Virus record (IMG/VR): IMGVR_UViG_2617270988_000012
Coordinates: 1 to 4,710 of that record
DNA from: a virus
Lineage: Duplodnaviria; Heunggongvirae; Uroviricota; Caudoviricetes
Strand: one strand, 5' to 3'
DNA length: 4,710 bases
This document shows positions 1-4,710 of the stretch, in pieces (the stretch's first letter is position 1; each line of letters opens with the position of its first letter). Position numbers and translations under genes: made by a program. The notes beneath the pieces were generated by a model. The model did no database searches. It was not told the DNA's origin and was given only the letters and a program-made list of their open reading frames with translations.

Positions 1-345
1 CTTTATGGGATATCTGAAAGGGAAAAGCAGTCTGATGCTTTACGAGCAGTTTGGTGATTTGAAATTCAAGTACAGGAACAGGGAGTTCTGGTGCAGAGGG
101 TATTACGTCGATACGGTGGGTAAGAACACGGCGAAGATACAGGATTACATAAAGCACCAGCTTGAAGAGGATAAAATGGGAGAGCAGTTATCGATTCCCT
201 ATCCGGGCAGCCCGTTTACGGGCCGTAAGTAACGAAGTTGGATGCAAATGTCAGATCGTGTGCGCCTGTTAGGGCGCGGCTGGTAAGAGAGCCTTATAGG
301 CGCATTTGAAAAACCTCCGGCTATGCCGGAGGATATTTATTATTG
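1..345 (+). mobile_element. IS200-like insertion sequence, 3' portion (tnpA 3' end plus right-end region with subterminal hairpins); right boundary approximate
   Basis: tnpA fragment at 2-232 followed by about 100 nt noncoding with two hairpins (GCGCC-tgttag-GGCGC near 269-284; CCTCCGGC-tat-GCCGGAGG at 314-332). IS200/IS605 elements carry subterminal hairpins and IS200 has roughly 100 bp after tnpA, so the element probably ends near 335-345. Exact end not determinable without a reference. Confidence 0.6.
2..232 (+). CDS. tnpA: IS200/IS605-family transposase TnpA (Y1 HUH transposase), C-terminal fragment; 5' end lies upstream of the window
   Basis: Open frame enters from the window edge and stops at TAA 230-232. 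Translation (...FMGYLKGKSSLMLYEQFGDLKFKYRNREFWCRGYYVDTVGKNTAKIQDYIKHQLEEDKMGEQLSIPYPGSPFTGRK) matches my recollection of the C-terminus of enterobacterial IS200 TnpA, including the region carrying the catalytic Tyr (WCRGYYVD). Confidence 0.9.
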   Translation, partial: FMGYLKGKSSLMLYEQFGDLKFKYRNREFWCRGYYVDTVGKNTAKIQDYIKHQLEEDKMGEQLSIPYPGSPFTGRK

Positions 346-376
346 TTGTCAGCTTCCGGATAACGGGAGACGGGGT

Positions 377-592
377 ATGTACCAGATGGAAAAAATCACA
401 ACAGGTGTGTCATACACCACGTCAGCGGTGGGAACGGGCTACTGGTTCCTGCAGTTGCTGGACAGGGTTTCCCCGTCTCAGTGGGCGGCAATAGGCGTGC
501 TGGGAAGTCTGCTGTTTGGGCTGCTGACATATCTGACTAACCTGTATTTCAAAATCAGAGAGGACCGGCGTAAGGCCGCCCGGGGAGAGTGA
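377..592 (+). CDS. S: Class II holin (pinholin, phage 21 S21-like), 71 aa with dual-start motif (Met1/Met4 giving 71- and 68-aa products)
   Basis: SD GGGAGA at 365-370, ATG 377 and second in-frame ATG 386. Product [71 protein letters not shown] has two TMDs (a weakly hydrophobic Gly/Ser/Thr-rich TMD1 and a canonical TMD2) and a charged C-tail; near-colinear with recalled phage 21 S21 71/68. The upstream ATG at 323 lies inside the hairpin and has no SD. Confidence 0.9.
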   Translation: MYQMEKITTGVSYTTSAVGTGYWFLQLLDRVSPSQWAAIGVLGSLLFGLLTYLTNLYFKIREDRRKAARGE

Positions 593-595
593 ATA

Positions 596-1153
596 ATGAA
601 CCATGAAGAAATGAATCAGCGCTTCAGTCGCCTGGAAAATGAAATTGCTGAACTGAATAAAAAACTGTCGACGCTGATGCCTTCTGAAGATGAAAAAAAA
701 CGCCGCGATGAGCAGTTTGCTGCGTTTGACGATTATTGTCGGAAAGTGATGAGCAAAAATCTCGCAGAGTGTTTCAGTATTCATAATGATAATTTCAGTG
801 AGCTGGAATGGGAGTGTAACCGGCCATCCTTTGTTGTATCCGGTGATGCCGGGAAAATAACCATCTCAGAAAATGGGAAAGTAACACCTCCATCGCACCA
901 GCACAGTGAGGAGCTCATTGAATTTGCCATTGATTACCTGAAGAACAATAAAAAGCAGGGGCTGATGAAGCGCGTTGGCCGTTGCATGGGATATCTTCAG
1001 GTAGCCGCTGAGATTGAAGCGCTGGCCAGTGGTGCTGATAAGGATGCAATTGTGCGGGAGGCTCTTCTTCGTGATTTTAATACTCCACCCTTTAAAAAAG
1101 TGCCGGCTTACTGGCTTCATCCGGGGCTGACTTATCTTAAAGTGCGTATTTAG
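596..1153 (+). CDS. Hypothetical 185-aa soluble protein (moron) inserted between holin and endolysin; function unknown
   Basis: ATG 596 is 3 nt after the holin stop, with SD GGAG 5-8 nt upstream (translational coupling). Long uninterrupted ORF with an acidic, coiled-coil-like N-terminus (NQRFSRLENEIAELNKKLSTL...), no TM segment and no signal peptide. Hand-counted GC about 42% versus about 60% in the adjacent endolysin. No family recognised by eye. Confidence 0.6.
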   Translation: MNHEEMNQRFSRLENEIAELNKKLSTLMPSEDEKKRRDEQFAAFDDYCRKVMSKNLAECFSIHNDNFSELEWECNRPSFVVSGDAGKITISENGKVTPPSHQHSEELIEFAIDYLKNNKKQGLMKRVGRCMGYLQVAAEIEALASGADKDAIVREALLRDFNTPPFKKVPAYWLHPGLTYLKVRI

Positions 1154-1189
1154 TGGGCCAGGGACAGCGGCTGAATATTTAATATATCC

Positions 1190-1723
1190 ATGAACACCAA
1201 AATCAAATACGGCCTGTCGGCTGCCGTTCTGGCGCTGATTGCCGCTGGTGCGTCTGCGCCTGACATTCTCGACCAGTTTCTGGATGAAAAGGAAGGTAAC
1301 CACACCACGGCATACCGTGATGGCGCGGGTATCTGGACCATCTGCCGCGGTGCCATCCTGGTGGATAGTAAACCTGTCGTCCCGGGCATGAAGTTGTCGA
1401 AGGAAAAATGCGACCAGGTTAACGCCATTGAACGTGATAAGGCGCTGGAGTGGGTGGAGCGCAATATTAAAGTACCGCTGACCGAACCCCAGAAAGCGGG
1501 GATCGCGTCATTCTGTCCGTACAACATTGGTCCCGGTAAGTGTTTCCCGTCGACGTTTTATAGACGAATTAATGCAGGTGATCGAAAAGGTGCCTGCGAA
1601 GCGATTCGCTGGTGGATTAAGGACGGTGGCAGAGACTGCCGTATTCGCTCAAACAACTGTTACGGTCAGGTATTCCGTCGTGACCAGGAGAGCGCGCTGG
1701 CGTGCTGGGGAATCGACAGATAA
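1190..1723 (+). CDS. R: SAR endolysin (signal-anchor-release lysozyme, T4-lysozyme-like glycoside hydrolase family 24; phage 21 R21 type)
   Basis: N-terminal uncharged Ala/Gly/Leu-rich SAR segment (YGLSAAVLALIAAGASAP) followed by the lysozyme catalytic triad spacing E-x8-D-x5-T (EGNHTTAYRDGAGIWT). Overall similarity to recalled R21/P1 Lyz-type lysozymes. No Cys in the SAR domain, so R21-like rather than P1 Lyz-like regulation. Confidence 0.9.
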   Translation: MNTKIKYGLSAAVLALIAAGASAPDILDQFLDEKEGNHTTAYRDGAGIWTICRGAILVDSKPVVPGMKLSKEKCDQVNAIERDKALEWVERNIKVPLTEPQKAGIASFCPYNIGPGKCFPSTFYRRINAGDRKGACEAIRWWIKDGGRDCRIRSNNCYGQVFRRDQESALACWGIDR

Positions 1724-1812
1724 GCAGAATATTTTGCTGAAAAATAAGGTTGGCCAACGCGGGCGGATAACACGAAGTCCTGCGAACTGGCGAAACCTAA
1801 GTGAATAAAAGT

Positions 1813-1854
1813 AAAAACCCCGTTTGTTGGCACCAAGCGGGGTTTTGTGTTTCT
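1813..1854 (+). terminator. Rho-independent terminator (potentially bidirectional) downstream of endolysin
   Basis: Imperfect GC-rich hairpin AACCCCG(1816-1822)...CGGGGTT(1838-1844) with inner TTGG/CCAA pairing, flanked by an A-run upstream (1813-1817) and a T-rich tract downstream (TTTTGTGTTTCT). Confidence 0.7.
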
Positions 1855-1879
1855 GACCTTGAGTAAGGCAAGGGAGAAC

Positions 1880-2062
1880 ATGGCGAAGTATAAACGAATT
1901 CTGTTGAGGTTGACCATGAAAAACGGCCTTGAACTGAAAGCGCCTGTAACTGATGACATCAGCAGAGCACTGGCTTTTGCCATTAAGTGGGTGGCGGTCG
2001 GTGTTGCTGTGTCCCCGATGCTGTATGGGCTGGCAAAACTGGTCATTGCGTTGAAATCGTGA
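1880..2062 (+). CDS. Hypothetical small membrane protein (60 aa; basic N-terminus, C-terminal TM helix)
   Basis: Strong SD AGGGAGA (1872-1878) just upstream of ATG 1880. Product [60 protein letters not shown] has one predicted C-terminal TM segment. Sits between endolysin and Rz. The upstream extension from 1847 is rejected because it has no SD and overlaps the terminator. Confidence 0.5.
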   Translation: MAKYKRILLRLTMKNGLELKAPVTDDISRALAFAIKWVAVGVAVSPMLYGLAKLVIALKS

Positions 2063-2076
2063 AGGGAGGATTAAGC

Positions 2077-2208
2077 ATGTCAGACAAACTCATAACGCTG
2101 GCGAAGATCCTCTGTGTAATTGTCGGCATTTCATTTTCACTAATGCTGGTTGCTCTTTTTCTTTCCATGGCCTGGATGATGTTGTCTTCGTCGGGGCTGC
2201 TGGGGTGA
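2077..2208 (+). CDS. Hypothetical small hydrophobic peptide (43 aa, single TM helix)
   Basis: SD GAAGGGAGGA (2061-2070) then ATG 2077. Product [43 protein letters not shown] is almost entirely one TM helix. Its stop TGA (2206-2208) overlaps the Rz GTG start (2205-2207), suggesting translational coupling into Rz. Confidence 0.45.
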   Translation: MSDKLITLAKILCVIVGISFSLMLVALFLSMAWMMLSSSGLLG

Positions 2209-2678
2209 ACATAAACCGAATGCTTTCCGCGTTTATCGTTATTCTGCTGGTGGCCTGTGGTGCGCTGTGGATGGCAACAGACCATTACCGTGATAACGCG
2301 ATTACCTACAAAGCGCAGCGCGATAACAAAGCCAGTGAACTGAAGCTGGCGAACGCAACCATTACTGATATGCAGGTGCGCCAGCGCGATGTTGCTGCGC
2401 TCGATGCAAAATACTCGAGGGAATTAGCCGATGCGAGAGCTGAAAATGAAACTCTTCGCGCTGACGTTGCCGCTGGTCGTAAGCGCCTGCGGATCAACGC
2501 CACCTGTCCAGGCTCCGTGCGTGAAGCCCCCACCACCTCCGGCGTGGATAATGCAACCGGCCCCCGACTGGCAGACACCGCTGAACGGGATTATTTCACC
2601 CTCAGAGAGCGGCTGATGACGATGCACAAGCAACTGGAAGGGGCACAGGAATATATCCGTACTCAGTGCCTGAAATAA
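2205..2678 (+). CDS. Rz: Rz i-spanin (inner-membrane spanin subunit), lambda Rz-like
   Basis: Product has an N-terminal TM segment then ...[76 protein letters not shown]...[33 protein letters not shown], nearly colinear with recalled lambda Rz. Start uncertain between GTG 2205 (coupled to the upstream ORF) and ATG 2220. Confidence 0.93.
   Translation: MNINRMLSAFIVILLVACGALWMATDHYRDNAITYKAQRDNKASELKLANATITDMQVRQRDVAALDAKYSRELADARAENETLRADVAAGRKRLRINATCPGSVREAPTTSGVDNATGPRLADTAERDYFTLRERLMTMHKQLEGAQEYIRTQCLK
2431..2616 (+). CDS. Rz1: Rz1 o-spanin (outer-membrane lipoprotein spanin subunit), embedded in the +1 frame of Rz
   Basis: Fully nested inside Rz in an alternate frame. Product [61 protein letters not shown] has a lipobox (LVVSAC) and a Pro-rich core almost identical to recalled lambda Rz1. 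Confidence 0.92.
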   Translation: MRELKMKLFALTLPLVVSACGSTPPVQAPCVKPPPPPAWIMQPAPDWQTPLNGIISPSESG

Positions 2679-3028
2679 GTTTTGTTGATGCGCCGTATCG
2701 TCGCTGTATTCCCTCATTAACAGAGACCGCAGCCCGACAGGGAGACTCCTCTGCGCGAGTGTGCGGGGATAATCAAAAACGATACACACCGGGGTTTACC
2801 GTGTTAACGGAGCGCGGCGTTGTCCCCTCATAGTCGCCTGTCCGGTGCGATGGTGGAAGAAGCCGGATGTTTATCACTATTAATTGATGACACAGAAATG
2901 GATTCATTGAATTTCAGCACGTTTTTGTATTCGTGTTATTGAACATCTGTTTATTTTACTTTTAACATATTGATAATAAAAAGAGCTGTAAATCTTTAGA
3001 TGAGTCGATTTTGTCCGGGGAAGTTCAA

Positions 3029-3169
3029 ATGGATTTTATGCTGACGGTTTCTGGTGTGGTTATCCTGTCCATTGCTTATATTGCAGATAAATATGGCTGC
3101 CATTTGTTATCACGTATTGGCGCTTATTGTTCGTTGATGCTGATTTTCTCGTCGCTTTTTTTTGAGTAA
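3029..3169 (+). CDS. Putative 46-aa hydrophobic peptide within the AT-rich island (speculative)
   Basis: ATG 3029 preceded by GGGGA (3016-3020); product MDFMLTVSGVVILSIAYIADKYGCHLLSRIGAYCSLMLIFSSLFFE. Below the ORF-track size cutoff, sits in roughly 28% GC DNA, and has no conservation evidence, so it could be a chance ORF. Confidence 0.2.
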   Translation: MDFMLTVSGVVILSIAYIADKYGCHLLSRIGAYCSLMLIFSSLFFE

Positions 3170-3301
3170 GTTATATTAATTATAACAAATAATTTTCTGT
3201 GTTATTTTTTCAGGCTATCCCGTCAGAGGGGAAGCCTGTACTGCCGGGGAGCGAATGGAAAACTGATGTGTCCGGTAACTGCGTGTTCTGTGAACACCAT
3301 G

Positions 3302-3487
3302 TTACTTAATTATGTAATTCATACCCGAATTCTCTGTTGACAGCCTTCTTCTGCAGGCTTCAATAACCCACGCTGAAAAGTTTCCTGAACCTTTCAGATC
3401 AAGAGCGATGTTAATTTGTTCAATCATCTGGTTTGGAAATCGGATGTTGCGGGTTGTTGTTCTGCGGGTTCTGTTCTTTGATGACAT
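3302..3487 (-). CDS. Small cos-proximal protein, YlcI/YnfO-like (DUF3950-type) family of lambdoid phages
   Basis: Minus-strand ORF, ATG at 3487-3485 with GGGGA upstream. Product MSSKNRTRRTTTRNIRFPNQMIEQINIALDLKGSGNFSAWVIEACRRRL... matches my recollection of the small protein encoded at the same place (just left of cos, minus strand) in lambda and of E. coli DLP12 YlcI; the C-terminal 12 aa diverge. Confidence 0.7.
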   Translation of the reverse strand: MSSKNRTRRTTTRNIRFPNQMIEQINIALDLKGSGNFSAWVIEACRRRLSTENSGMNYIIK

Positions 3488-3687
3488 AATGTTTCCCCAT
3501 ATTCAGTGTTGCTGATTTGTATTATCTGAAGTTGCTTTTACGTTAATTTGACGCAGATCAATTAATACGATACCTGCGTCATAATTGATTATTTCTCGTG
3601 GTTTGATGGCGTACACACATGTTGTGATAAACCTTATATAGATGATAATCATTATCATTTCGTGGGTCCTTTCCGGCGATCCGACCG

Positions 3688-3711
3688 GTTACGGGGCGGC
3701 GACCTCGCGGG
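3688..3711. other. cosN (terminase nicking site); the 12-nt cohesive-end sequence GGGCGGCGACCT lies at 3694-3705
   Basis: Sequence ...GGTTACG/GGGCGGCGACCT/CGCGGGTTTTCGCTATTTATGAAAATTTTCCGG reproduces the lambda right-end/left-end junction; the 12-nt block is the known lambda cohesive end. Flanking 3640-3690 resembles the lambda cosQ region. Confidence 0.9.
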
Positions 3712-3742
3712 TTTTCGCTATTTATGAAAATTTTCCGGGAAC

Positions 3743-3841
3743 CATGTCCGGTTTCTCTTCAAGTTAACTATATGAAAAATATAAAAACAGGTCTTCTGTG
3801 AACCGGACATGCGCAAAAAATGGACATGTAAACCGGACATG
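3743..3841. promoter_or_regulatory. cosB-like terminase small-subunit binding region with three copies of an 11-bp motif (AACCGGACATG) in R3-I1-R2-R1-like arrangement
   Basis: Inverted copy CATGTCCGGTT at 3743-3753, an AT-rich spacer at 3760-3790 (possible IHF bend site, no clean consensus found), direct copies AACCGGACATG at 3801-3811 and 3831-3841, and a partial GGACATG at 3822-3828. Position between cosN and the Nu1-like gene matches lambda cosB architecture, but the motif differs from lambda R sites. Confidence 0.55.
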
Positions 3842-3888
3842 ACCGGTTTTGTTGTGATTGTGAGGTGAGAGTTTTTGCGAGGTGAGGA

Positions 3889-4398
3889 GTGGCTACGCAG
3901 ACTGAAGTTGCCAGGCATTTAAGTCTGACCGATCGCCAGCTTCGCAGATTGCAGAAATTGCCGGGTGCCCCGATATCGAATAAGCGAGGGCAACTGGATC
4001 TGGATGCCTGGCGCGATTTTTACATATCGTATCTGAGGAGAAGTAAAAACGATGTGCCTGATGGCGATAGCGAAGACGACTATGAGGAAAAATTGCTTAT
4101 TGCCAGATGGGAACTGACAGCAGAACAGGCTGTTACACAGCAGTTAAAAAATGAGGTGTCAAAAGGAAAACTGATTGACACCGGATTCTGTATTTTTGCC
4201 CTCAGTAAGCTGGCAATGGCGTTATCCAGTACGCTTGATTCCATCCCTTTATCCATGCAGCGACAGTTTCCTGATTTAACACCGCGCCATCTTGACCATC
4301 TGAAAACCCTTATTGCGAAGGGGGCAAATCAGTGTGCGCGGGCAGGGGATAAATTACCGGATTTACTCGATGAATATATCAGAGCAACAACTGAATAA
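3889..4398 (+). CDS. nu1: Terminase small subunit (lambda gpNu1-like)
   Basis: GTG start 3889 with SD GAGG at 3879-3882; the frame is closed by TGA at 3883-3885, so no longer start is possible. C-terminal two-thirds (...TGFCIFALSKLAMALSSTLDSIPLSMQRQFPDLTPRHLDHLKTLIAKGANQ...LPDLLDEYIRATTE) align with recalled lambda Nu1; the N-terminal HTH region (ATQTEVARHLSLTDRQLRRLQ) is divergent. Confidence 0.92.
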   Translation: MATQTEVARHLSLTDRQLRRLQKLPGAPISNKRGQLDLDAWRDFYISYLRRSKNDVPDGDSEDDYEEKLLIARWELTAEQAVTQQLKNEVSKGKLIDTGFCIFALSKLAMALSSTLDSIPLSMQRQFPDLTPRHLDHLKTLIAKGANQCARAGDKLPDLLDEYIRATTE

Positions 4399-4399
4399 T

Positions 4400-4710
4400 A
4401 TGATGAGTGCTGTCACAACAGCATTACAGCCCCTGATAAGGGCATTGCCGGTGACGCCAGTTGAATGGGCTGATCAAAATTATTATCTGCCGAAAGAATC
4501 TTCATATGGTGAGGGAGAATGGAAAACGCTGCCATTCCAGATCGCCATTATGAACTGTATGGGTAACGACCAGGTTCGCACGGTTAACCTGATTAAATCT
4601 GCCCGTGTTGGCTATACAAAGATGTTGCTGGGGGTGGTCGGGTATTTTATTGAGCATAAATCCCGAAACAGTCTGCTTTTTCAGCCCACGGATTCTGCCG
4701 CTGAAGATTT
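4400..4710 (+). CDS. A: Terminase large subunit (lambda gpA-like), N-terminal fragment; continues beyond window end
   Basis: ATG 4400 is 1 nt after the Nu1 stop (TAAtATGATG). Product ...PVEWADQNYYLPKESSYGEGEWKTLPFQIAIMNCMGNDQVRTVNLIKSARVGYTKMLLGVVGYFIEHK... is close to the recalled lambda gpA N-terminal region; open to the window end. Confidence 0.93.
   Translation, partial: MMSAVTTALQPLIRALPVTPVEWADQNYYLPKESSYGEGEWKTLPFQIAIMNCMGNDQVRTVNLIKSARVGYTKMLLGVVGYFIEHKSRNSLLFQPTDSAAED

Noticed and set aside
314-345. Hairpin plus T-rich tract read as a lambda tR'-like late-leader terminator
   Set aside because: Its distance from the tnpA stop (about 100 nt) fits the expected right-end subterminal hairpin of IS200 better; it is kept as part of the IS annotation, but the alternative cannot be excluded without a reference alignment.
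323-376. Upstream extension of the holin ORF ([18 protein letters not shown]...)
   Set aside because: The ATG at 323 sits in the hairpin loop with no ribosome-binding site, whereas ATG 377 has a strong SD and yields a 71-aa product that matches S21-type pinholins.
306-494. 62-aa plus-strand ORF from the track, overlapping the holin gene out of frame
   Set aside because: It starts inside the IS200 right-end hairpin with no SD and is an alternate-frame shadow of the well-supported holin ORF; the product is Cys/Arg/Trp-rich and low-complexity.
1527-1808. 93-aa plus-strand ORF overlapping the 3' half of the endolysin gene
   Set aside because: It is out of frame with the endolysin, whose product carries the conserved lysozyme motifs; the overlapping product is Arg-rich and has no start signal.
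1847-1879. Longer N-terminal extension (MFLTLSKAREN) of the first small membrane ORF
   Set aside because: That ATG lies within the terminator T-tract with no SD, while the internal ATG 1880 has a near-ideal SD (AGGGAGA).
1987-2076. Longer N-terminal extension ([30 protein letters not shown]) of the second small ORF
   Set aside because: It overlaps the first small ORF in another frame and has no SD; ATG 2077 has GAAGGGAGGA upstream.
422-2789. Series of minus-strand ORFs from the track (422-784, 866-1303, 1150-1527, 1666-2046, 2043-2285, 2306-2578, 2424-2789)
   Set aside because: All are antisense to plus-strand genes that are either recognisably conserved (holin, endolysin, Rz/Rz1) or have better translation signals. 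None has a convincing SD or recognisable product, so they are typical shadow ORFs.
2679-2900. Search for a bor-like lipoprotein gene on the minus strand downstream of Rz
   Set aside because: No ORF with a signal peptide and lipobox of suitable length was found on either strand; the region appears noncoding.
3743-3841. Short direct and inverted repeats considered as a possible CRISPR array or iterons
   Set aside because: There are only three 11-bp copies with irregular spacing and mixed orientation, no cas genes, and a location exactly where cosB sits; they are interpreted as terminase binding sites.
3718-3918. 66-aa minus-strand ORF from the track
   Set aside because: It overlaps the cosB repeat region and the Nu1 start; its sequence is dictated by the cos repeats and it has no translation signals.

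Overview
This window is the late region of a lambda-like (lambdoid) enterobacterial prophage, read in prophage order across the cos junction. From left to right it holds: the 3' part of an IS200-type insertion sequence (tnpA C-terminus plus right-end hairpins); a phage-21-type lysis cassette (dual-start pinholin, then SAR endolysin); lambda-like Rz/Rz1 spanins; a GC-rich noncoding block; a very AT-rich island; a small cos-proximal gene on the minus strand; a lambda-identical cosN with a non-lambda cosB; and the terminase small subunit followed by the start of the large subunit. The lysis cassette is interrupted twice by genes I cannot assign: a 185-aa low-GC ORF between holin and endolysin, and two tandem small membrane-protein ORFs behind a terminator between endolysin and Rz. 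These insertions are the best candidates for an undescribed accessory function. All homology statements rest on reading the ORF translations and on recalled reference sequences (lambda, phage 21, IS200); no database search was run, and GC figures are hand counts over 60-nt samples.
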